DNA from: a virus
Direction: 5' to 3' (one strand)
IMG/VR virus record: IMGVR_UViG_3300037618_000011
Coordinates: 1 to 41,912 of that record
Length of the DNA stretch: 41,912 nt
Part shown: positions 31,264 to 39,485 of the stretch, piece by piece
How the letters are laid out: each line of letters begins with the position of its first letter
How positions within the stretch are numbered: the first letter of the stretch is position 1
The notes under the pieces: model-generated
The model's input: only the letters and a program-made list of their open reading frames with translations
Told to the model about the DNA's origin: nothing
Databases searched by the model: none
Position numbers and translations under genes: made by a program

Positions 31264-32282
31264 TGGGCTTCAATTTCCCCAACACACCCACGGTCGGCGC
31301 GCAATTCACCCCGGTCCCCGGTGGCATCACCTACGTCTGGGACGGCACCGTCTGGAAAATCTCCGGTGTCTCCGGTCCCGCCATGGGCCTGTATGTCGGT
31401 GACAATCCTCCACCGGCACCAATCACGCCGAACCAGATGTGGCTTGAGAGCGATACTGGCCGCCTGTTCGTCTACTATGGCGACCCTGATAGCTCACAAT
31501 GGATACAGGTGTCGGCCAGCCCGCAGACCGTCGTGCCGCTGATATCGATGGACTTCGTGCAGGGCATGACGATGGTCCCGAACGGCACCACGGCGGTCGA
31601 TATCGCGAAGGGCATTGCATTCGGCAACAGCCAGTTCGTCACCGTCAATGCCATCACCGCCAAGAGCCTCGCATCCACCTTCGGGATTGGCAGCAATGCC
31701 GGTGGTCTCGACACTGGCGTCAAGCAGGTCAGCAAGACCTATTTCACGCACGCCATCCGCCGACAGAGCGATGGTCTTGGTGACGTGCTTTTCTCGCTGT
31801 CACCATCCGCGCCGACACTGCCCAGCGGCTGGGACCTGATACAGCGCACAGCTGCCATCAAGACGGACAGCAGCGGCAACATCATCAATTTCATCCAGAC
31901 GGCCAACCGGATGACGGTCACGTCTATTCTGGAACTGAACACGAGCGCTGGCCTGACGACGGCGCTGCGGGTGATGAGCATCCTGCCGCTCGGTATCCTG
32001 ACACGAGCGCGATTGTCCGGAGCCTGCAACGCATCGGCGTCCTCGACAATCCAGTTGTTCGTCTACGGATATGCAAAAACATCGGGGATGGGAACCGACC
32101 TCTACGCCTACGTGACGACGACGGCGAGCGGCTTCAACTACGGCCAGATTGGTCCCGTTGATGTCGAGGCCAACACGTTGGGGCAGGTTCAGGTCGGTGT
32201 CGGTATCCCCGGTGGTTCAGGGGTGGCATACGTGTACTCCTACGGCTGGGAAGACTACACGGTCCCGAGAATAGGAGCTTAA
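31263..32282 (+). CDS. Tail fibre paralogue 3
   Basis: N-terminal FNFPNTPTVGAQF...YVWDGTVWKI and the NQMWLESDTGRLFVYYGD..SQWIQV modules are shared with neighbouring fibre genes. Confidence 0.65.
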   Translation: MGFNFPNTPTVGAQFTPVPGGITYVWDGTVWKISGVSGPAMGLYVGDNPPPAPITPNQMWLESDTGRLFVYYGDPDSSQWIQVSASPQTVVPLISMDFVQGMTMVPNGTTAVDIAKGIAFGNSQFVTVNAITAKSLASTFGIGSNAGGLDTGVKQVSKTYFTHAIRRQSDGLGDVLFSLSPSAPTLPSGWDLIQRTAAIKTDSSGNIINFIQTANRMTVTSILELNTSAGLTTALRVMSILPLGILTRARLSGACNASASSTIQLFVYGYAKTSGMGTDLYAYVTTTASGFNYGQIGPVDVEANTLGQVQVGVGIPGGSGVAYVYSYGWEDYTVPRIGA

Positions 32283-32284
32283 CG

Positions 32285-32437
32285 ATGTACGTTATCCGCG
32301 ACGAGGACGGCAAAATTGTTACCGCCTTTGCAGCAGAGCAACCCGACGCGACGGAGTGGGTGGAACCCGATGACCCGGAGCTTGTCGCCTTTCTTGCCAA
32401 GGGCATGGAAGGATTGATGCAGGAGCCGACAGCATGA
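32285..32437 (+). CDS. 50-aa chaperone-like ORF (not in the ORF track)
   Basis: AGGAG SD. Hand translation: MYVIRDEDGKIVTAFAAEQPDATEWVEPDDPELVAFLAKGMEGLMQEPTA. ATGA overlap with the next fibre gene. Confidence 0.5.
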   Translation: MYVIRDEDGKIVTAFAAEQPDATEWVEPDDPELVAFLAKGMEGLMQEPTA

Positions 32438-33111
32438 TGAATTTCCCGACACCGACCTTCATCGGGCAGCAGTGGTCGAACGGCATCACGCTGTATGCGT
32501 GGGACGGCGTCGGCTGGAACATCGCGCCGCAGATGATGCCGGTCTACATCAGCGACACACCACCGGCCAACCCAGCTGTCGGGCAGGAGTGGTGGCGCAG
32601 CACGAACGGTCAGTTGTACGTCTGGTACGACGACGGCAACAGCAAGCAGTGGGTGCAGAGCGCTGGTGCGGCGCTAGGCTCGCTTGTGGAAACAGGCTTT
32701 TGGACGCCAACCTTCACCTTTGCTACGCCGGGAAATGTCAGTGTTTCCTATTCGAACCGGCTTGGCATATGGCGGCGGACGGGAAATTTCGTGACACTCG
32801 ACTTCGCTGTCTCCTGCACGCCGACGTTCACCACGGCATCCGGCATCCTACAGCTGACCGGCGTGCCGTTCACGCCGACATCTGACGCCGCTTATCCGAC
32901 AGAATATCAGGGGGCATGTTGCTGTTCGAATTTCAATCCCGGTGCGAATTACGGCGGCTATACATCGCGCATCCTACCCGGCGACCTATCCGTCAGTTTC
33001 CTTGCCAGCCCTGCTATCGGTGGCGGCAGACTGGCAATAGCCAGTGCACACGTAGCGACAGCAACGGCCACAGTAATCGCCGGGAATGTTACTTTCCCGA
33101 TTGCGGCGTGA
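32434..33111 (+). CDS. Tail fibre paralogue 4 (short)
   Basis: N-terminal NFPTPTFIGQQW...YAWDGVGWNI and GQEWWRSTNGQLYVWYDD..KQWVQS modules. Confidence 0.6.
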   Translation: MMNFPTPTFIGQQWSNGITLYAWDGVGWNIAPQMMPVYISDTPPANPAVGQEWWRSTNGQLYVWYDDGNSKQWVQSAGAALGSLVETGFWTPTFTFATPGNVSVSYSNRLGIWRRTGNFVTLDFAVSCTPTFTTASGILQLTGVPFTPTSDAAYPTEYQGACCCSNFNPGANYGGYTSRILPGDLSVSFLASPAIGGGRLAIASAHVATATATVIAGNVTFPIAA

Positions 33112-33121
33112 GGGTATCGAC

Positions 33122-34201
33122 ATGATGGATTTCCCCGCCAACCCTGTCCCCGGCCAGAAATTCAACCCCGGCACCGGCTCCATCTACACATGGGACGGCG
33201 TGGCGTGGAACCTCGCGCCGGTCAACGTGGCGACGGCACGTAGCCGCAATCGCATCATCAACCCAACCGCGCAGATTAGCCAAGAAGTCGGCTCGACGGC
33301 AGGAACGACAAACGGATATTTCCTCGCTGACGAGTGGTCGGTCGGCATCAGCGGCATCGTTGCTTCGTGCCAGCGGGTGACGCTACCGTCGCCATCGCCT
33401 GAAGGAACGCAGACCGGGGTCGCGTTCACCGCGACCACTGCGAAAGCCTCACTGGCGGCAGGTGATAGCCTCGTCATGAACCACCCCGTCGAGGGCGTCG
33501 ACATTGTCGACTTTGACTGGGGAACCGCGAGCGCCAAGGCCATCGTGCTTCGGTTCAATGTCTACTGCGAGCAGGCTGGCACCTTCGCTGTGGCTATCAC
33601 CAACGCAGCCAACAACCGGGCTTACTGCACATCGTTCACGGTGGCAGCGGCCAACAGCTGGCAAACCGTCAATCTCGCCATCCCCGGCGACACGACGGGG
33701 ACATGGCCAAACAGCAATGCGCTGGGTCTGGTGGTGCGCTTTGGCTACGCCATCGGCTCGACCTACGTCGGTGTCGCAGGCTGGCAAGCTGGCCAGTTCA
33801 TGGCTCCTCCCGGCTGCACCAATGGCGCAGCGGTCGCCAACAAGAACCTCTACATCACCGATGTCGCCATGCATCTCGACCCCGATAACACAGGCGTTGC
33901 ACCTCCGTTCAACCAGCCGTCTTACGAGGACGACTGGCTGCGCTGCCTGCGGTACTGGTTTAGGATGAACGCCGGACCAACGATGTCTTCACCAGTCGCC
34001 TTTAGCACCAGTCAACGTCGCTCGTGGGTGCCGTTTCCAGCACCGATGCGGACAAACCCGACGCTGGCGGGGAACGCGAGCAACATCGGCACTTTGTCGT
34101 TTTCGTCAACATCAAGCTTCGGAACCGCACCATTCGGCACCGCTGGCAGCGATGTCGAGTGCGCCGTCCAAAGTCTGACAGCCAACGCGAGGATGATTTA
34201 A
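33122..34201 (+). CDS. Tail fibre paralogue 5 (receptor-binding domain paralogous to the C-terminus of 29368..31263)
   Basis: DFPANPVPGQKF...YTWDGVAWNL is followed by ARSRNRIINPTAQISQE. This aligns by eye along its length with ARTRNRINNPTAQVSQQ in fibre 2. Confidence 0.7.
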   Translation: MMDFPANPVPGQKFNPGTGSIYTWDGVAWNLAPVNVATARSRNRIINPTAQISQEVGSTAGTTNGYFLADEWSVGISGIVASCQRVTLPSPSPEGTQTGVAFTATTAKASLAAGDSLVMNHPVEGVDIVDFDWGTASAKAIVLRFNVYCEQAGTFAVAITNAANNRAYCTSFTVAAANSWQTVNLAIPGDTTGTWPNSNALGLVVRFGYAIGSTYVGVAGWQAGQFMAPPGCTNGAAVANKNLYITDVAMHLDPDNTGVAPPFNQPSYEDDWLRCLRYWFRMNAGPTMSSPVAFSTSQRRSWVPFPAPMRTNPTLAGNASNIGTLSFSSTSSFGTAPFGTAGSDVECAVQSLTANARMI

Positions 34202-34404
34202 TGGAATACGTATCCGCAGAGTGGGTGGAAGGTCTTCCCGGTGCGCCACCTGTCATCAAGGCCATCGGTGACGACGGGCAGGAATACTGGATACCCAGCA
34301 TCACCACAGACGTGCCCCCTTGGCCAGCGTTCCTGCAGAGCGCGGCAGGCAAGGCGTTCCTCGAAAAGGCACCGCCAGAACCGCCGCCACCGGAGGCCGC
34401 ATGA
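34201..34404 (+). CDS. Small chaperone-like protein, 67 aa
   Basis: TAATG coupling to the fibre gene, in the frame of track ORF 34024..34404. Confidence 0.45.
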   Translation: MEYVSAEWVEGLPGAPPVIKAIGDDGQEYWIPSITTDVPPWPAFLQSAAGKAFLEKAPPEPPPPEAA

Positions 34405-34622
34405 TTGAGCTTGCCGCCATCCAGCTGGTCACCTTCCACACGGTCGATGGCCGCGAGGTGCAGGTCAACCCGATGGCGGTGCAGCAGCTGGTGCATCCCA
34501 GCGAGCCGCGCCACACGCTGATTATCGAGGGCGTGCATTGCATCATCATGCTGGCCGGGAGCTTCGTCTCGGTCACCGAAACCTGCGAGGACGTGCAGCA
34601 GAGACTGGAAGGAGAGCCATGA
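34401..34622 (+). CDS. Hypothetical protein, 73 aa
   Basis: ATGA coupling at both ends. Confidence 0.5.
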   Translation: MIELAAIQLVTFHTVDGREVQVNPMAVQQLVHPSEPRHTLIIEGVHCIIMLAGSFVSVTETCEDVQQRLEGEP

Positions 34623-34819
34623 GCAAGGAACTGACTGCGACCTTCATTGCGACCCTCACCATCGTCGGCCTGTTCGCCATCGTCACCATCACGCTGGTCG
34701 GCTTCGTGGACATCAGCAACCCGGAGATTGCCAAACTCGTCGGCGTCGTCGTCGGCTGGCTCACCGGCTTGGTGGGTCCGATTGTCAGCAGCTATTTCAA
34801 GGGAGGCTCAGATGCTTGA
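34619..34819 (+). CDS. Two-TMD small membrane protein, holin candidate
   Basis: FIATLTIVGLFAIVTITLVGFV and LVGVVVGWLTGLVGPIV hydrophobic segments with a charged C-terminus. Confidence 0.5.
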   Translation: MSKELTATFIATLTIVGLFAIVTITLVGFVDISNPEIAKLVGVVVGWLTGLVGPIVSSYFKGGSDA

Positions 34820-35009
34820 AGGTATCTTGGTGCTGTTCGTGCAGCTAATCGTTCTCGGCGTGGTCGCGTGGGGTGCCAACTACATCACCACGGCCATCCC
34901 GATACCCGACCCGCTCGGCCGCGTCATCCGCGTCGTCGTCATGGTGATTTGCATCGCCTGCGCGGTCATCCTGCTGCTACGCTGGGCGGGCATCGCGGTC
35001 GGGATTTAG
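34812..35009 (+). CDS. Two-TMD small membrane protein, holin/antiholin candidate
   Basis: ILVLFVQLIVLGVVAWGANYI and VVVMVICIACAVILLL segments. Confidence 0.45.
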   Translation: MLEGILVLFVQLIVLGVVAWGANYITTAIPIPDPLGRVIRVVVMVICIACAVILLLRWAGIAVGI

Positions 35010-35173
35010 CGCCCCGGAAAATGCGAACGGATGCAAAACAGCGGGAAAAGCGCCCCGAAATTCGTCAATCTTTTCAAATGCAATGACACGCCCCTAGGGC
35101 GTGCCATCATCGTTGAAATCATTACATAATTTGGTCCTGCGCCCCGAAAGCGCCCCGGACCCGCGCCCCACTC
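35009..35173. other. Putative attP region with five direct GCGCCCC(G/A) repeats and a central hairpin
   Basis: Repeats start at 35009, 35050, 35139, 35150 and 35163. Hairpin CACGCCC-cta-GGGCGTG lies at 35087-35103. The AT-rich core lies next to the int stop. Confidence 0.5.
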
Positions 35174-36349
35174 TTAGGAGACGACTTTCAGCAGCGACCG
35201 GCGCTGGGCCGCATCGCGCTTCGCTTCGCGGGTATTGACCAGCGTGACAGCTTCCAGAGCGCTGTCTTCAAGCGTGATATCCTGCAGGTAGATTTGCGTG
35301 GTGGCGACGTCGTCGTGGCCCATCATGTCGCGGATGGCGATGATGTTGACCTTCGACTTCAGCAGCGACCGGGCGAAATTCCGGCGCAGGCCGTGCATCG
35401 TGAAACCGGCCGGGAGACCCGCCTGCTTTGTCCAGACGGCCATCTGGCCGGTGAGGCTCTTGATGCTGTAGGGCTCGCCATCGAAGCGCTGCAGGACGGT
35501 TCCCTCGCGGCAGTTGATGCCCTTGAGCGCGGTCAGCAGCTTGTCGGTGAACGGCAGGATGACGTGCGCGCCACCGGTCTTCTTCTTGTTCTTCTGCTGA
35601 TTGAAATCGAAGGCCGGGACATACTCGATGTCGCCGTCTTCGTTCTCGATTTCAAGCTCGCGGTAGCTGCTCCAGAGCAGCGTGGCGACGTCGCTGCGGC
35701 GGTTGCCCAGCCACTTGACCAGTTCGTAGCAGGTGCGCGCCGGGCAGCCGATGGGATGGTATTTCTCATACTTGGCCATCGCCTCTTCCGACCACATCTT
35801 GCGGCCCTTGTGCGGAACCTTCTTCAGCTTGATGGTGATGGACACGTCCTCTTCCGGCTCAATCCACTTCTGCTCGATGGCGAGCTTGGTGAGCTTCCGG
35901 TAGGCGGTCATGAAGTGGCGGCCAGCGTGCGGGGTCGAGCGGTAAATCGACATGGCGATGTCGTTCAGGTACGGGCGGGTCATCGCCTTGACCGGGACAT
36001 CCTTCCACTTCAGCGGTGCGGTCGGGTCGACCTGCATTTCGAGGAAGCGCTCGATGTAGCCAGCATTGTAGGTCTGGGTCTTCTCGTCGTAGGCAATCCA
36101 CCACGAGGTGTTTTCCAGCATCCGGGCAGCCTTGCCGAAGGTGTAGGGCAGCGCCCGGCCCGGCAGGTTGAGGATTTCGGCAGCACACTTGGTGCGGGTC
36201 GCTTCGGCGTAGGAAAGCTCAAACTCTTCGGTGCCGGGTACACCCTTCAGACGCACTTCCTTGCGGCTGCGCGGTTGCTTGTAGCGCCAGACGGTCTTGC
36301 CCTTGTCGAGCCGCGACGATGCGCCGGGATAATCAGGATGCGTCGCCAT
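35174..36349 (-). CDS. int: Tyrosine integrase
   Basis: C-terminal HGLRRNFARSLL...MMGHDDVATTQIYLQ (R..H-x-x-R..Y catalytic pattern), 391 aa. Confidence 0.85.
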   Translation of the reverse strand: MATHPDYPGASSRLDKGKTVWRYKQPRSRKEVRLKGVPGTEEFELSYAEATRTKCAAEILNLPGRALPYTFGKAARMLENTSWWIAYDEKTQTYNAGYIERFLEMQVDPTAPLKWKDVPVKAMTRPYLNDIAMSIYRSTPHAGRHFMTAYRKLTKLAIEQKWIEPEEDVSITIKLKKVPHKGRKMWSEEAMAKYEKYHPIGCPARTCYELVKWLGNRRSDVATLLWSSYRELEIENEDGDIEYVPAFDFNQQKNKKKTGGAHVILPFTDKLLTALKGINCREGTVLQRFDGEPYSIKSLTGQMAVWTKQAGLPAGFTMHGLRRNFARSLLKSKVNIIAIRDMMGHDDVATTQIYLQDITLEDSALEAVTLVNTREAKRDAAQRRSLLKVVS

Positions 36350-36587
36350 TGGCAGCCTCCTCTTCCATCGGGGTGATGGAGTAGAGCGCCATCAGGACGG
36401 CCTTAGCGTAAGGCGACGGCCTACCATGCTCCCAGCCCTGATAGGTGGCGACCGAGATGCCAATCAGCGAGGCAGTCTGCGACTGGGACAAGCCGGTGCG
36501 GTTCCGCCATGCCCGGAGGCTGTCGGCAAAGGCGACTGGTGCACTGATGTAGATGTTTGGCCCTTGGCCCGCGTCTGGGTTCTTCAT
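36333..36587 (-). CDS. Small XRE-family HTH protein, candidate immunity repressor co-transcribed with int
   Basis: ATG at 36587 behind AGGAGACAGG. HTH: LSQSQTASLIGISVATYQGWEHG. Overlaps the int start by 17 nt. Confidence 0.6.
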   Translation of the reverse strand: MKNPDAGQGPNIYISAPVAFADSLRAWRNRTGLSQSQTASLIGISVATYQGWEHGRPSPYAKAVLMALYSITPMEEEAANGDAS

Positions 36588-36616
36588 GTCCTGTCTCCTG
36601 TTCGTTGGACAGGAAC

Positions 36617-36645
36617 ATACTATGTGCAAAATGCAGCGAGTGCAA
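36617..36645 (-). promoter_or_regulatory. Promoter TTGCAC-N17-TAGTAT overlapped by two TGCA-N3-TGC(A) dyads
   Basis: Read on the minus strand. On the plus strand the dyads are TGCAAAATGCA (36625-36635) and TGCAATATGC (36641-36650). Confidence 0.55.
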
Positions 36646-36656
36646 TATGCGGATAG

Positions 36657-36902
36657 CTATTTGTTTGCCGCCATCCGGCTCGCCTCGATAAGCCCCTGCA
36701 GCGTGTCCTTCTCGGTCGGCAGCGCATCGAAGTAGACGTCAAGCGCCACCCTGTCCCAGATAACCCGGCCATCGACCCGGCGCGGCTTCGGCATCCTGCC
36801 GTCCGCGACAAGCTCATCGAATTTCCGGGGGCTCACCCCGATATAGCGCGCGGCATCCTCACGATTGATGCCACGCGGTGCATATTCCTTGGCGGTGGTC
36901 AT
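36657..36902 (-). CDS. xis: Excisionase/AlpA-like HTH protein
   Basis: INREDAARYIGVSPRKFDELVADGRMPKPRRVDGRVIWDRVALD matches the MerR-type excisionase pattern. Confidence 0.7.
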   Translation of the reverse strand: MTTAKEYAPRGINREDAARYIGVSPRKFDELVADGRMPKPRRVDGRVIWDRVALDVYFDALPTEKDTLQGLIEASRMAANK

Positions 36903-38104
36903 TTGAACGTCCCCAGCGTCTTGCGGGCACCCTTCTCGTCGTTGTGGCCCTTGGCCACGGCGATGGCTGTCTTGACCAGCGCTTCGAAGTACGGCGGGTC
37001 AAGAAACTCCTCCCAGTTGGCAGCTGCAGCTTCCAGAGCCGATAGCCGCGCCTCCTTGGTGAGCTTGTCGTCGGTCGCCAGCCTCAGCAGCTTGTCGGTG
37101 GCTTCCGTGCGCTTGGAAAGGTCGGGGGCAGCGTCCGTTGAGGCCGTGTCATCTGCCATGCGGCTGTCAGATGATTCGCCGTCCGCTGCCCCCTCCGGGG
37201 CGTCGTGCCCCGCCCCATCGGGCTGCGAGGTGTTGCCGCTGCCCGAATCTTTTTCATAAACCACACCATCGTCGTCGCGCTCGAAGCCTGCCTTGCTCAG
37301 CTGGTCTTCCGTTGAGCCGTGCTCCTGCCGCTGGATGGGCGGGAACACGTCGTTCACGCTGGCCATGCCATCGGAAATGCTGGTGCCCATGCCGATGACC
37401 TTGGCGATGTCGCGAGCCACCCAGTCCTTCACCGGGCGGCCGATGACAGCCTCGACCCGGCGGATGTCGACCATCTCGGCAATGCGGGCTGCTGTCTCCT
37501 TGCGGTACTTCTCGATGTTCTTGCCGACCCGCTGTACCAGCGCATCGCGGGCCTGCTCGAAAGCATAGGTGCAGTAGGTGCCCAGCGCGTTGACGATGAC
37601 ATTGCGGATAGCCTTGCTTTCGCCTGTCGAGAAGCTGGCTTCCATGTTGCGCCCGGCCGCCTCGCTGCCGCCGCCAATCTTGGCCGCGTTCTTGCGCTGC
37701 CGGAACTGCCGGGTCATGGCAAAGCCGCTTTCGAGGTCGATGAAGCGGGCGGAAATCTCCCAGTAGTCGAGCCCTTCGGACGAGCACCACGGGTCGACGT
37801 TGCAGTTGCCGTAGATGTTGGCCACCGCGTTCGCCAGCTTGATGGTCGGCCCCTCGACATACTCGGTCTGGCCGGTCTGCCTGTTCTTGAACGGGATACT
37901 GTAAAACCACGCTGGCCCACCGGCCTGCGCTTCGAGGTTAATCTTCTGCAGGACGTGCTGGATGTTCCGTGGCTTCAGGACCAGCTGCGCCCCGTGGACG
38001 AGCGCGGGCGGTGCGCTGTGATACTGGATAGCCGGGGCGAGCACTTGCCCCTCCATGGGCTGCTGTGCGGCAAACTGGTCAAGTTGTTCCTGACGGTCGT
38101 TCAT
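36899..38104 (-). CDS. Single-strand annealing protein candidate (RecT/Red-beta-like core) with a long acidic C-terminal extension
   Basis: Downstream of the YqaJ exonuclease. GESKAIRNVIVNALGTY resembles the conserved SSAP C-core motif. 401 aa. Confidence 0.5.
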   Translation of the reverse strand: MNDRQEQLDQFAAQQPMEGQVLAPAIQYHSAPPALVHGAQLVLKPRNIQHVLQKINLEAQAGGPAWFYSIPFKNRQTGQTEYVEGPTIKLANAVANIYGNCNVDPWCSSEGLDYWEISARFIDLESGFAMTRQFRQRKNAAKIGGGSEAAGRNMEASFSTGESKAIRNVIVNALGTYCTYAFEQARDALVQRVGKNIEKYRKETAARIAEMVDIRRVEAVIGRPVKDWVARDIAKVIGMGTSISDGMASVNDVFPPIQRQEHGSTEDQLSKAGFERDDDGVVYEKDSGSGNTSQPDGAGHDAPEGAADGESSDSRMADDTASTDAAPDLSKRTEATDKLLRLATDDKLTKEARLSALEAAAANWEEFLDPPYFEALVKTAIAVAKGHNDEKGARKTLGTFK

Positions 38105-38388
38105 TGCTTTTCCTCCCCGAAATCAAAAGGCACCGGGCCGTCATAGGGCTCGAAGCCCGTGATGTGGCCAGCGCCGTTGTGGTAAATCTCCATCCAGTCG
38201 TCTTCGCGGTTCATGTAGACGATGCGCCGGTCTCCAAAGAGCCAGCGGCACTCGCGCACCATCTCCTCCATCGACACTCTGGCCTTGTCATCGTCCGGTG
38301 ACATGGTCTCGACAAGGAAGACCTTGTCGCCAGCCGCAGCGAAGAACGTCCAGCATCCGCCAACGGATGACTGCATCATGACAATCAT
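38101..38388 (-). CDS. Hypothetical protein, 95 aa
   Basis: ORF track. ATGA coupling at both ends. Confidence 0.6.
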   Translation of the reverse strand: MIVMMQSSVGGCWTFFAAAGDKVFLVETMSPDDDKARVSMEEMVRECRWLFGDRRIVYMNREDDWMEIYHNGAGHITGFEPYDGPVPFDFGEEKQ

Positions 38389-39299
38389 TGGGGTGCTCCT
38401 TCGGTGCCGGTGCGCAGCGTCCGCAGCACCGGGAATTCCTTGGCCGCGACGGTGTACTCGCCCCGGTGGGTGGTCTTGTTGGTGATTTTCCAGCCGTCAC
38501 AGAAGGCCAGCGTCGCGCCGTTCAGCTTGTGGACGATTTCGGCATCGAGCGCCTTCACGTCCTCCTCGCAGCCCTTGATTTCACCCTTCAGCGCTTCGCG
38601 CATATCGAGGATGTCGCGGATGCGGTTGTCGGTGGAAAGGTCGAGCGGCACCTCGACGTTGTCGTCGGGCGGGAACATCTTGCCGATGACCTCGCCATCC
38701 ATGGTGTAAACCGGACGCGGAACAAGACCGGCTTTGACGTTGCGCCAGAACTGCCGGGCAAGGTCGCAAACCCGCTTCTCGGCAGCCGCATGGCGCGGGA
38801 CTTCAAATTCGTGCATCTCGGCGCTGTAGGCGCTGACGACCATGACCGCGAGGATGCCCCGGTCGGCCTTGGTCAGCATGTTCTCGCACACCGTCTGCAG
38901 CAGGTAGCCGGTCGGTGGCTTGCCGTCCCAAGCCTCGAAGGTCGGGGCCGCGCAGGTCTTGATTTGAACGTTGACCCGGCCGTGGTCGGTGTCGGCAAAG
39001 GCATCGGGAGTACAACCAAGCTTCAGGTCGACGTCGAGATAGAAGGCACCCGGCCGCGACCACTCCCAGTCGGGGTGGTCTTCCTGCAAATAGCCATACG
39101 CGGCGTGCTCAAACATCCTTCCCCGGCGCATAATGGCGGCTTCCTCGACGCTGATGTCTGTCATCTTCTCGGCATACACCCTGAGTGGAGTTTTGTAGGG
39201 GTCGACACCCGCAACCGCACCGATGTCGGAGGCCGTCAATGCGTCCTTACGCCACGCCAACCATTCATCACGGGTTTTGATAGGTCTGATGGTTATCAT
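38385..39299 (-). CDS. YqaJ-type (lambda Exo-like) recombination exonuclease
   Basis: ITIRPIKTRDEWLAWRKDALTASDIGAVAG is the typical YqaJ N-terminus. ATG 39299 has a GGAGGG SD (the track start is 39311). Confidence 0.8.
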   Translation of the reverse strand: MITIRPIKTRDEWLAWRKDALTASDIGAVAGVDPYKTPLRVYAEKMTDISVEEAAIMRRGRMFEHAAYGYLQEDHPDWEWSRPGAFYLDVDLKLGCTPDAFADTDHGRVNVQIKTCAAPTFEAWDGKPPTGYLLQTVCENMLTKADRGILAVMVVSAYSAEMHEFEVPRHAAAEKRVCDLARQFWRNVKAGLVPRPVYTMDGEVIGKMFPPDDNVEVPLDLSTDNRIRDILDMREALKGEIKGCEEDVKALDAEIVHKLNGATLAFCDGWKITNKTTHRGEYTVAAKEFPVLRTLRTGTEGAPQ

Positions 39300-39325
39300 C
39301 GCGCCCTCCATCTCGCGGAAGGCGA

Positions 39326-39355
39326 TATAAAGCTCTCACATTTTGGTTTAATCAA
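39326..39355 (-). promoter_or_regulatory. Candidate leftward early promoter (TTGATT-N18-TTTATA) overlapping a GGTTTAA motif
   Basis: Read on the minus strand just upstream of the exonuclease gene. Confidence 0.4.
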
Positions 39356-39433
39356 GCGGAAAAAGCCTGCCATTACTGCAGTTCTTGCCGAATCCTGAAT
39401 GTAACAATTTGTGAAACCGTTAGCAGTTGCGAA

Positions 39434-39445
39434 AGGTTTAAACCT
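39434..39445. promoter_or_regulatory. Perfect 12-bp palindrome AGGTTTAAACCT, candidate operator
   Basis: Read in the sequence. Related half-sites TTAAACCT lie at 39461-39468 and 39528-39535, and GGTTTAA at 39345-39351. Confidence 0.55.
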
Positions 39446-39485
39446 AACAGGAATTGATGATTAAACCTCACATCCCGGCAAATAT

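Noticed and set aside
29368-34201. Diversity-generating retroelement acting on the paralogous tail-fibre C-termini
   Set aside because: There is no reverse transcriptase anywhere in the genome. The two related C-terminal domains differ throughout and at all base types, not in an adenine-specific template/variable-repeat pattern near a 3' end.
35294-39398. Long plus-strand ORFs 35294..36376, 37319..38146 and 38388..39398
   Set aside because: They are antisense to the integrase, SSAP and YqaJ exonuclease genes, which carry recognisable catalytic motifs. Their composition is typical of GC-rich shadow frames.
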